Assembly: GCF_025526975.1 (NCBI RefSeq)
Contig: NW_026515668.1
Span: 2,046,001-2,110,000 of the forward strand
Source: Fimicolochytrium jonesii
Taxonomy: Eukaryota
Reading direction: 5' to 3'
DNA: 64,000 bases
Of this stretch, positions 52,812 to 64,000 are shown piece by piece. The notes beneath the pieces are model-generated. The model had not been told where the DNA came from, made no database searches, and saw only the letters and a list, made by a program, of their open reading frames with translations. Each line of letters begins with the position of its first letter. Position 1 is the first letter of the stretch. The translations under genes and the position numbers were made by a program.

Positions 52812-54681
52812 ATGGACTCCTCCAACACCCCACCAGCCGCTCACCACCAACGCCCACCCAACTTCGCCCCAGCAGCCATGTCCCACAACCCGCCACCGTC
52901 CCCACTAGCCTCCGTCGCAACCCCGCTCCCCTCCAACAACCCCTCCACCCACCCACCATTCCATTCCGCCGCCCCCTCGCACTCCGCAGTGCCACCAAAC
53001 CAACCAACATTCTCTGATCTGGTGGATTCCGACGACGACGACGACGACGACGACTCGGTTCTGCGGACATCGGATGAGGAAGAAGACGAGGAGGAAGAGG
53101 ATGGGGAGGATGGGGTCGAGCATGTGTCTTTCCAGGATGCACTTTCCCACAACGAATGGGATGACGTGTTTGAAGATTCGGATAGTTCCGACGACGATTT
53201 TGACGACGACGATGATGATGACGACGAGTCCGACGGGGACAGCGAAGACGGGCGGGTGCCGACTGGCGGGAGAGGGGACGAATTGAGCCTGCGGATTCCG
53301 GGGTCGTATCCTCCCGATGGCGCAGGTGGTGTGGATGGGGCGGAGACGGTGGCCAAGCAGCAGAGTTTGCGGAGGCAGATTGTGGGGATACAGGGGGATG
53401 AGGGGTTGAGTGCGCAGGAGAAGGCGAGGAAGATCCAGGTGTGTGGCCTACTGGCGGGACGTGGGAGGGCACATGTGCGTGCGAATCGCTCATTTGTTTT
53501 GCGGGACCGTTTAGCAACTGATGAGCGGGAACTATGCCAAGACGATGTACAGCAATACGCTGCCGATCCCGTCGCTGGAGGCTGGGATCGAGAGCTTGGG
53601 GCAGATCACCGACGAAGAGAAGATCAAGACTTGGCATGTAGGTGGCCAGAAAAGGAGAGCTTCCGCTTTTACATTCGATGAGAGCTGACCCCGCATGTCG
53701 TGCGACATAGGATTACGACGCCCAGATTTTGGGCTGCAAGCATTACCAGCGCGGGGCGAGGGTTCAGGCCCGATGCTGCGGGAAATGGTTCACCTGTCGG
53801 TTCTGCCATGACGAGGTTTCTGATCACAACATGAACCGGTACCGTAAACCCCACTCCTCCATTCACATCCGCCCATGTCACCAGCCGAGTTCAAAGTCTA
53901 ACCCCACTCACCCTCACTCAGGCACCAAACAACAACAATGCTCTGCATGCACTGCCTCCACCCCCAACCCGCTTCCTCCACCTGCCTCCACTGCAGCACC
54001 CCGCTCGCATGCTACTACTGCCCGACCTGCAAACTCTGGGACGACGACGCCACGAAACACATCTACCACTGCGACGCGTGCGGGATCTGCCGCATTGGCC
54101 GCGGCCTAGGCCTCGACTACTTCCACTGCGAGAAATGCAACGCGTGCATGGCGATCGCGCTGCAGGGGAGGCATAGATGCATTGAGCGGAATTTGGAGTG
54201 TGATTGTCCGATCTGTGGGGAGTTTATGTTTACTAGTACTAGTACTGTTATCTTCATGGTATGTTGTTTCCCATTCTTCGCTGTCAAATGTCCTCGTGCT
54301 CCTTCACCCAGCAAACCCCCACCCCACAACGAACTGACAAATCACTAACCCTCCCTCCCTCGGTTTTACCAGCCCTGCGGCCACTGCATCCACCAAACCT
54401 GCCACTCAACCCACATTCAAACCTCCTACCAATGCCCGACCTGCCTCAAATCCCTCGCCGACATGACCCGCTACTTCTCCCGCATCGACGCCATGCTCGC
54501 CTCGCACACCATGCCCGCCGAGTACGCCGACCTCGTCTCGAACGTGTATTGCAATGACTGTGAGAGGAGGACGAGGGCGAGGTACCATTTTGTTTATCAT
54601 AAGTGTGGAGGGTGTGGGGGGTATAATACGAAGGTTGTGGGGGTTGAGAGAGGAGGAGAGGGGGAGGAGGCGGGGGTGTGA
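52812..54681 (+). CDS. CHY zinc finger/RING E3 ligase (RCHY1/Pirh2-like)
   Basis: GCKHYQRG...CCGKWFTCRFCHDE, YYCPTCKLW, IYHCDACGICRIG, CPICGEFMFTS, PCGHCIH, VYCNDC...HKCGGCGGYNT. Confidence 0.93.
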
Positions 54682-55060
54682 TTTGAGACGTGGGGAGGAT
54701 GCAGGCGGGCGTCATGGCACCCACGACGATTGTACATATTATATGTGCGTCGGTCGGAATTCTCACGGCCACATTTCTTAAAGGGGTTCGTTTTGCACAT
54801 ATCGTTTATCCATCCACATTCAAATACACATTCTTTTTTTGGGTCTTGACATGTGTTTGTAGCACGTTCATTCGAGTACACCAACGTGATAGAAAAAGGA
54901 AACATTTTGCATATTTTGTTTTTTCTCTATATTACAAGATGTGCGCCTCAACCATCACGGAGATCCTTCAATACAATCCAGGGGGTCTCTCTCCCACCTC
55001 CTGCCGACCGCACTTGCCCCCCGCCCCCCCTCCCCCCCCCCCCCCCCCCCCCCCTCGGGC

Positions 55061-55975
55061 TCACAACTGAATCTCCCTAATCCCCTCCTTATCCACCACC
55101 TTGACCGTAAACTCCGGCATATTAGCAATAAAGCGGACCTTCAGCTCCTCAATGCACTTCCGCAACAGCGCCTTGGCCTCCTCCAGCGTCAGATCAGCCT
55201 TCCAATACCTGTCCATCGTGGACATGCAAAAGTACGACGCGTACCCGTGCGCCGCAAAGGGCAGCTTCACGGAGGATGCGAGGTAGTCGAGCCAGTAGAG
55301 TTCGGGAAGCTGCGTTTTGGGGTCGATGCCGGCGATTAGGACAAAGACGTTGTATGGGTTCTGTTGATTGGGAGAGAGTGGGGGTGAGTGTGTGGGCAAG
55401 TGAATTGATCCGTAGTTGGTTGATGGGCGGTTGTTGAACGAAGCAACACGACCATGCGGTGTCCCTCAACATATACTGCTTATTTCGCTCGCTGAATGTG
55501 TGCCTGTGGCGCGGAACTCGCTCCGCTCGCACTTCATTGCGTTCGTCCTCGCTGACGCTCGGTAATACAGTGGACGCGCTATCGTTGTCGGGCTCCCATC
55601 TCAAACCAAGGCTCAACACCTACCCTACTCCTGAGCGAATTGGCGAGTTCCCTCCTAGTAAAACTAGCCGTCGCCTGCGGGCTCAAAGGCACGCCATTGC
55701 GTATCCCATAGAGCTGAATATTTCTCTGAATGTATTCCGCGAACTGCACGGTATCGCCGGCCTCCCCCGAATACAGCATGAGGGTCTGTTTGTTGAGTTC
55801 CCTTGATTTGTCTTCACCGTGCTTCATGACGACGATGGAGCGGGCGGTGGTTCTGTCTGAGGCTGTGAGGACAAAGTCTTTGCCTACTATGCCGAAGAGG
55901 GCCTGGTGGGGAAATGGGAAAGTCAGATCGCAGACATGCATCTTGGGGCGGGACTGGCAGTCACCTTACCTCCAT
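55061..55975 (-). CDS. PRE1: 20S proteasome subunit beta-4 (beta type-2)
   Basis: [57 protein letters not shown]. Confidence 0.95.
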
Positions 55976-56361
55976 GGTTGCGTATCAACTCTTAGAGTGT
56001 CCGTAAGGGAACGAGGATGTTGCAGAAGGCGGGGACTGTATTAGCGTGCGATGGACTTTGGATAAGATGAGCGGTCGACCTTGCGATGTTATAAGGTTCT
56101 GGTTGGTGGGTTTGAAGGCTTGACCCAATGCGGAAGTCGAACTGGAAGTTTTCGCACGCGTCTACGAGCGAGAGGCCTTGCGAGGGCGAGAGCGGAAAAG
56201 TCCCTCTTGCGCGTGTTCTCATGTTGCTGTGTGAGTCAGAGGGGTTGCGCGTACTGTATATAACGCGTCGTTTCTCAAAGTGTTCTTTTTCCTGCGGGAC
56301 ATCCTTCCCTCTCGTTTTCGCCCCAAACACACCCCCTCACACTACAACACTCTTCTCCATC

Positions 56362-58013
56362 ATGAACAGCCAACACCGCAAGCGCTCTCACAGCGCCGCA
56401 ACAGTTGCAAACGCCGCATACCCCTCCTCCTCCTCCTCAACAGCCGCCGCCGCCGCCGCAGGCGCTCACAACCACCCAAACAACACCTACACACACCCCT
56501 ACCACCACCACCACTCAGCCTCAAACTCAACCGTCTCCCTGCCCACAGGCACCGCCGTCCGCCGCGCTGGCTCACATACATCCGCCTCGTCAGTCATCAT
56601 CAACAACAATAACAACACCCACAGCCCGAGCTCGTCGACGAGTGCCAACCACGTCGCGAACAAGTCTAGTTCCAATTTTTTGACTTCCGCGAAATATGGG
56701 GCTGGTGGGAATACCGCCCCCGGCGGTCACGCGTATGGTGCGGGGCAGCGGGATACATCGACGTCGGTTGTTGCGGCGGTTGATGACGCGACGAGGCAGC
56801 AGATGTGGGGCGCGTTGTGTGCAAGGGTCTTGCCGTTGTTTAGTGGGCAAGGGTTGAAAGGGCAGATGGAGGATCTGAATGATATCGTCAGGTGTGTTAC
56901 TCAGACGGAAGGGGGTGCGAACGGAGGACGGGTATGGTCGGAGATGGAGAGGGAGGGAGAGGGGGGGAGGGAGGGAGGGCGATGAGAGATCGCAGCAATG
57001 GCTCGCTACATCGCGGAAAGGAAGTCGGGCGGCGGATGCATGACCCAAGTCGCTCGCTTTCGCTCACCACTCGCCGGTACCCCTCCTAGGACGTGCGGTT
57101 AGGGGGATCATTGCGCGAACGGTGCACTGGGAACTCGCTTTGCTCGCGCTCGCTCTGCGTTCGCCAGCCGGGTCTCCGTCAACCATCCCCTCCCACGAAC
57201 CCACCCTCCCCCCCACCCTCCCCCGCTCCATCGCTCCACTCACCACCATCTAACCTCCCCTCCCTCTCCCCACCCCCCACCTTAGCGCCTGGCTCTCCCA
57301 CTCCACGCCCACCACCTTCGACTTGGACCTCACCGACCTCTTCACACAAGGCCTCTCAACGCTCCCGGCAAAACTCGCAACAGTGACCGACGACGCCTTC
57401 ATCACGCGCGTCGTCGAGGTGTGGACGTTCTATCTGGGCAACGTCGTGCCGTACGTGCAGGGCGTGTTTCTGCCCGTGCGCACGGTCTGGGCTGCGAGAT
57501 CCGTGAGAGCCGCGCCGCCAGATGTGAGGACGTATGCGCTGGTCGGATTCAGGGACCAGATCTGTGTGCCCATTGCTGGGCGGTTGATGGGTAAGATGTC
57601 ACATTTTTTTTTTTTCGTTTTGCGGTTTTCACATTCACATCTGGCGGACCATCCCATCTGACATTTGGCCCCCGCCCCCCCCGTGTGGATATTTGGATGG
57701 AACAGAAAGCTTCACCCGCCTGCTAACGGACATCGAAGCCGGGCGCAAAGTCAGCGAGACCGCGTCCCGGCTCATGCAGATGCTGTGTCTCATGGACAGT
57801 CTGCCGCACACCCCCGCCTCGTCCGCCTCCTCCTCTCATCTCCCCGCGTCCTCGGAACACCCAACAACCACCGCCCTCCTCGCCCGCTTCAAACAGTGCC
57901 TGACGGGCTCCGCCGCCGCAACGGCGACGGCCGGGAATCGGAATAGTATGGCGTTTTTCGTGTATGGCGGCGAGAAGGGACGCGCGGGCGCGGCGGGGAC
58001 CGTTGAGGGGTGA
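56362..58013 (+). CDS. HbrB/Bit61/PRR5 (Protor)-like TORC2 subunit
   Basis: WGALCARVLPLFSGQGL...EDLN, VWTFYLGNVVPYVQGVFLP, ALVGFRD, RLMQML (HbrB domain). Confidence 0.85.
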
Positions 58014-58294
58014 GGACAAGTTCGGTTCCGAGGCCGGTCTAATATTTTTTTTTTGGGGAGGGGGGGGGGGGGGCGGGGGGTTTGCTTGAAAGGGGTATGG
58101 GACATGAACCTTTCTTTTTGGGGGTGGGTGGATGTGCGTGTATGTACTGTACGTATGTCTATGAAGTAACGGACAATGTCATGCACATTTTGGGACTGTT
58201 CGCGTTCGCATATATAAAGACATCTGATTTACACATCAGTCTCATCCGTCCAAAAAGCCCGAAACACCACCACCTACCAGCGCGCACTCCAAAT

Positions 58295-61200
58295 CTACTC
58301 CCCCGCCGCACCAACACGGGCCCTCAACCACCGCAAATACCGCCCGAGCACAAGCCCGACATACGCCTCTTTCGCGCCCGGGAGGGAGATGCAGGAGAGT
58401 TCGGGGCGGGCCGTGGCTTTTATCTGTGAATAAGGCGAGATTGCGTTTACCGTGAGCGCGTGGGGTGGGGGGTTGGGGGGGGGGGGTGGGGGGGGGGGGG
58501 ATGTGGGGGCGGGGATACTTACGAGGAGGTTGAGCATCTCGGGCGCCGTTCCGCGTCGTTTCAATGTAGCTTCAGAAAGGGAGCCCGAACGAAGCCAATG
58601 AGAATGGTTGAATAGTAAATACCCCTCACAGATGGGGATGATATAACATCCGCGTATGTGATTTCCAAACTCACCAATGCCAAACTCCAACACATCCACA
58701 TTCCACAACACCGACACCACGCCAGTCTGATACCCACCATCCCGCGCCAGCATCTCGCGTTCCATTTGCAAGTTCTCGTCATCGTCATGTTCCCTGTCAT
58801 CGTTCCCCGTCGAGTGGGACGACTCGGAGGGGAACAGTCTATCCAGAGCCTTCTCGACACACTCGAACGCGGTCAGCACGTTCAGGGTCGGGGAAAGTTG
58901 GGTGAGGGTTGCTGCTGCTAGGTGTTCTGGGGGGGGAGAAGATGGTGTGAGTTCAGTTCCAGTCTAGGCGGCCCAAAAAAAAAAGGGAGGAGAGGGGGGG
59001 GGGGGGGGATATTGGAAAACCCCGTTTTACCTCCACACATCTCGGCACACAATACCATCTTCGGCAACACGGCCGTTCCCCACAGATGCTCGATGGCGGG
59101 CATGTTACCGAAATCCATTGACAGGATCGCTAGGGCGTCCATATAACACCTTTCCCAAAAAAAACAAGTGTGCGTGTGAGATTTTAATACAATCTGAATG
59201 ACCTGAACGACGGTGGGTGTGGTCTGCATACCCAAGGGCATCCCGCCACTCCGCGCTCACGCAACAACACTCTGCGATCCGGACCAGGTTCGTTGCTCTA
59301 TCCAGTCGCACATCCACACGTTTCCCGCCATCATCACCATCATCCTCCGCATCAAGCAACCGCGCATAGACCCCCTTCACAAACACCACAAGATACGGCA
59401 CAGCTTGCGCCGTGAGCTGGGACTGGGTGGGGATGGGTGTGCGCAGGGCGGGCAGGTGGGGTGTCAGACTAATCAGATATGAAAACAATCGTTGGTGGGT
59501 TAGACTTGTTAGGTGCGGGGCGTGAAAAGCGGAGGATGTTCCTTTTTCTTTACCTGGGAGGCAATGGACCGCTTCCACCGGTATTGTCCGTCAGATGGGC
59601 CCAGGGCCCGTGGAGTTCCATGCGTCTCTATAACGATTTCACCCCACATAAGCCAGTCAGTTTCATCCCACGGTCCACCGCATTGATATATCCCACGAAA
59701 CGAAAAACGAAAAAGATAAACAAAAACTCACGACAACATCCACACCAGCGCCCGCTTGCAACCCAACCACCACCCCGCTCAAACACTGCAGGAACACGGT
59801 CAGCTGCGGTGGGGGCACGGCTTTGAGGATTATGGTTAGGAGGTGGCGGTGGGCTTCCTATCATATCATGACATATCATGGTGTTAGTGGGCGGGAGGCG
59901 GGGCGTGCAGAGGGAGAGAAAGACGTACATGCTGCGTCGCAATCCCCGGATTTCCCAACAAGGTCGCGAGGCGGAATATGGCCTCTTTCGTCGCGGCGAG
60001 TTTGGGCAGATCGGTGGCGAGGGATTGGAGGGTTTTTATGTCATCTGCGGAAGGATAGGAATGAGAAATCAGACATTCCAACTTCGAAAATGCAAATCCA
60101 ACGGGAAAGTCGTACCTTCACCGACAGGCAAATGCGAGAACACGAGCACGCACGACGCGACCAGTTCAGCAAGCAGACACAACACACTTGCTCTATCCGG
60201 GTCTGGACAAAAAACCCCCATGTTCAAGATCAATCAACTCACACCCCAAAAAATCCAGAATGAGGACAAACAAGCAAAACGTACGAGCAAAAGCCGCATT
60301 CTGCGTCAACGTCAACAAATGCGTCGCCAGCGCTTTGATGTAGTCATACAGCCCGCCGCGACGGACGAGGATTATGAATATATGTTCCTGTCCACGAGAA
60401 GATAAGCCAACAAAAAAAACACAAATGTTTATCTGCAGAGGGGAAGAGGGCTTACCATGAACTGCAGGTCGGGTAAAAACTGCCACCCAGAAAAAACGAA
60501 AACAGAGTTAGTTCAACGTCCAACCTCCCACAACAAATTTTTTTTTCGAGTTTTTACCTTCTCCTTCCCCAATCCGGTAAACAAAACCTCAAGAAACCTT
60601 AAATCCGGCTGCTGGCCCGTCCCAGCATCATTCGCGTGCTCAAACACACCCGCGAGTTTCCAAAGCTCCACCGTCATTTGCATGTGCCTCAGTTCCGCGA
60701 TCATACGTTCATCCATCACCTGGGGTGTTCCCAGTGGTAATCCGGCCAGGAGGTGGGGGATGATGGATAACAGTTGTTCTGTTAGGGTGTAATTCTGATT
60801 TTTGAGAGCGGTGCGGGCGTGGGAGTGGATGACGGGGAGGAGGTGGTGCGGCGGGATGGATAGGGTGGGGCTGAGGTAGAGGGATAGGTCTGGGGTGGAT
60901 GGGAGGGTGGTGAGGAGGTGCATGCGGAGGTGGGCGGGTGTTGGTACGGTCGGGGGTTTAGTTGGTGGTGTAAGGTGGTGCGGTGTGTATGATGATGGGG
61001 GGACGATGCCGGTGGAGATGAAAGTTTCCCAGATGTCGGGGCGACTGACGCGATGGCAGAGGGATAAGGCTGTTTGTGGGATAGGGGGTAGGATGTACTT
61101 TTTGGAGGTGGCCCGGGTGAAGACGGCGGCGAGGGGTTGGGAAGTGGTGGGTGAGGTTTGGAGGTCGGTGATAATGGAGGAGGGGATATCTGCGGCGACA

Positions 61201-63095
61201 GCATTCCGTTAGTGATGGGGTTTTCGAGTGTTGGACGGGGAGACTCATGCGACTTAGTGCATATACACTCACCGAACGCATCCCCAGTCCCCAACGCAAT
61301 ACACGTCGCCAAACACGCTGCCTCGCTCTGACGTCCCGCGGCACGACACTCCTCCACGACCGCTTTTTTCATCTCCAGCGGGACCGCGCGTCGTCCAATC
61401 TCAGATAGGAAGAGGTCTTCGAGTTGAGGGATGTCGAAAGTTTTGGTCGTGCGGGATTTGGTGATGAATGCTAGTGCATCGCCTTCAGTGGTGATGGCGG
61501 TCTGTGTTGGTGGGGTATCGGGGGATTTGACGGTGACGGCGCCATGGCATGCTGTTACGTAGGGGTCGATCTCGGAAGGGGTGATTGTGCTGTGGGGAGA
61601 AGTAGGTTAGCATTTCCATTAGCAATGTGTAGGTGAATGTGCATGCAGGGCGGTGTGTACCAGTATGGGATGACTTGGTGGGCAGACGACATTTGATCGC
61701 AAAGTTCGCGCGAGGTACGGAATAAAGAGCCCGCCAGGTCAAACTCGTCCCGCGCGAAACGGTATGCGCCGGCTTCGTAGGATAATTGGCATGCGACGGC
61801 GCAATCGAGCGTGCATGCCTATATAGCAAGCAATGTAGATGTACGAGTCAGTTCCATAGTAAGTGGGTGGAAAGACATACTTTTCGAATGAAGCACCTAC
61901 CTCTGGCCGTAACGATTCGATGGTCTTTTCCACAAATTCCGCATGCGTGGTAATCCGTGTGATGTCCATGCCGGCCTGATGACCTGCCGCCACAGTTCGG
62001 AGAAGATGGCGGCTAATAAGAACCAAAGGATCTCGGACAGGATGCGGATGCGCTGATGGATCCTGCTGACTGAAAAGGAAACGGGATTCAGGATTCAGAG
62101 GGACATTCGCAACACAGAGGGCAATGCAAATCGAGCGAACGGGACGTACGCATCCAAAGCCAGTAAAGTGTACGGCACTGCCTGTGCGGGGACGCATGTT
62201 TCAAGCTCTTGCAGGGTCAGATCGAGCGCAATGTAGATCTAATGCATTGTAAGGAAAAATTTTATTAAATGACTGAAAACATAGAAGATGATCCTAGAAT
62301 ACATTGCTGTATGCACTCCTCCCCTTCTAGCTCACTGAGGCTCGCTAAGCGCCATGGGCAAGGAGTATTGCGCCTTTGGCGCGAGGGAACTGGGTCCGGT
62401 CTCAACCACCGTCCACGACCCTCGGGCTCCCAACGCAAACCCTCCAGCCCCCAGCGCAAACGCTGGAGCAACCATCGCAAACCGCCCTTTGCCACCGCTG
62501 ACACCATCCAGGCTATATAGTAATAGGTCCATGCTCCCCATTAAGCGCCTCTCCCCACTCGACAACTACCTTGGCAGCTATCCTGACGAGAGCGTCCTGT
62601 CGATCACTCAGCTCAATGACACCCGGCGTGCCGTCCGATGCAGTCGTGAGCAGCTCTACTGCGAATGAGGCTGCTGTATGGCCGTGCGGGCAGGTGAAGG
62701 ACACATTCTCCAGCAGCGACGAGAGGTAGGAACAAGCTGCTTTTCGACCTGGGTGTCGATCGATTCGTTTTGCGCGGGTTTCAGTCAGTGCCCTGCCAAT
62801 CCTCGTGACTGCGCCCATTCCTGGCGTTCTGTCGGTTTACCTTTGAGTCTCAAGTCCGCGATGATCTTGGAGGATGGGGTAGGAAAAGGACGGTTTAGTT
62901 TGACTTCGGTGAGACTTTTTGCGTGAACGAGGCGACCTTCTTCACCTCAGGAAGGGTGCTTGTGCCTGCCCGTGACAGCTTCAATAGGGTATCCATTCTT
63001 CTTTCCCTGGGCTGCCGTGCTCCCGTATCGTGCGTTCGCTTCGCAGTCTGTCCTTACTTCTTCTCTAACAGAGTAGCGTTTTCCCACGTTTCCAT
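58295..63095 (-). CDS. INTS8: Integrator complex subunit 8-like helical-repeat protein (many exons; gene model uncertain)
   Basis: C-terminal exons CYMDALAILSMDF..VLPKMVLC, LWNVDVLEF, LKRRG, IKATARPEL...RYLRWL resemble the recalled INTS8 C terminus (YYLQAGAVCSDFF..VIKRMIKC; IWDVTILEYL..KRG..IKAIGQTEL..KFLQAM). Confidence 0.6.
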
Positions 63096-63611
63096 GCAGG
63101 TCTCGACGCAACGAACGCACCATGAAGTTGGGGGCCAACATGAGAACACGGATGAGATGGGTGACGACAGGAGAACACGCAAAGTGTCAAATTGGAGGTG
63201 CTTTGCGGCCTTCCCTTTTTTCTCGTGATGGGGCTCTTGGGGCTATTCGTGGCAGCAACCAGCCCAACAACCCACGCCTTTGTCCCTCTGGTTTTCCCTG
63301 GCAATAGCTGGCGCCTTTTTCCCCTTCCGGCTGCTCGCTGTTGATGCCTTGCGCGACGCCTCTTTCGCGGACAGGCGGCACAAGGCAACCCCCCCCCCCC
63401 CCCCTTCTCATACCCCATATGCCCTTTTTTTCCCATGTGAACACTCCCCTCCTCCTCCTTGGACAAAACATAAAAACATACATTGCTACTTCTTTCTTCA
63501 CAGTTCAGACAATTGACAGAGAAAAAAAAGGACACTTTCCCACTTCACACCTACCCATTGCGCACACACTGAACACTTCCCCCTACCCGTAAACAAATGT
63601 CAGCAGACCAC

Positions 63612-64000
63612 ATGGCCAGGAGAGAAGGCCACCGTGCATACCAGCGTCCCGCCAAACGGAGCGGTGCCATGGAGGAGCTTGGCGAGGTCAAACGGCGGAA
63701 GCTGGACATGGATATCCGTACCACTCCAGAGACTGAGGAAGTGAAGGAGAAGTCGCTGGCAGCCGCACCATTATCACCTCCCGAAGCTCCATTACTGCAG
63801 GGCCTGGGCGACCCACCGGCACAACCCCCACGACCACCGACACAATCCCCACGACCACCGCCGACACAATCCCAACCACCACCACCACCACCGTCACCGC
63901 CAACACCAGCACCGCAGCCGGCAGAGGATAAGCCGATGGCAGCAGATACCCCTCCAGTCCCGTCCCCGACTCCAACCTCAGCCCAAGTCAGGTGGCGAGC
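63612..64000 (+). CDS. 5' end of an unidentified proline-rich protein with NLS-like KRRK
   Basis: Open frame from ATG 63612 (MARREGHRAYQRPAKRS...VKRRKLD...) to the window end. Confidence 0.45.
   Translation, partial: MARREGHRAYQRPAKRSGAMEELGEVKRRKLDMDIRTTPETEEVKEKSLAAAPLSPPEAPLLQGLGDPPAQPPRPPTQSPRPPPTQSQPPPPPPSPPTPAPQPAEDKPMAADTPPVPSPTPTSAQVRWR

Overview
Eukaryotic, gene-dense, intron-containing DNA (short GT-AG introns with CTRAY-like branch points), most consistent with an early-diverging, probably chytrid-type, fungus. That assignment is inferred from fungal genes (BUB2, CTK3, AVT1, NHA1, HbrB/BIT61, VPS62, COX14) occurring alongside genes usually associated with animals (PCM1-like, INTS8-like, MCFD2-like). 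About 27 protein-coding genes are recognisable; CDS coordinates are gene spans including introns, worked out by hand. Main observations: (1) an in-frame fusion of proteasome assembly chaperone PAC4/PSMG4 to the CoA-biosynthesis enzyme PPCS/CAB2; (2) a PCM1-like centriolar-satellite scaffold and an Integrator INTS8-like gene; (3) a recurring alternation, roughly every 400-600 bp, of C/A-rich and G/T-rich blocks that ignores gene strand; (4) GCGNAGC mini-hairpin elements inside the longer introns; (5) a TA-flanked MITE, several short dispersed repeats and an interstitial TTAGGG tract. No rRNA, tRNA or CRISPR could be supported. All homology calls come from recalled motifs, not database searches.
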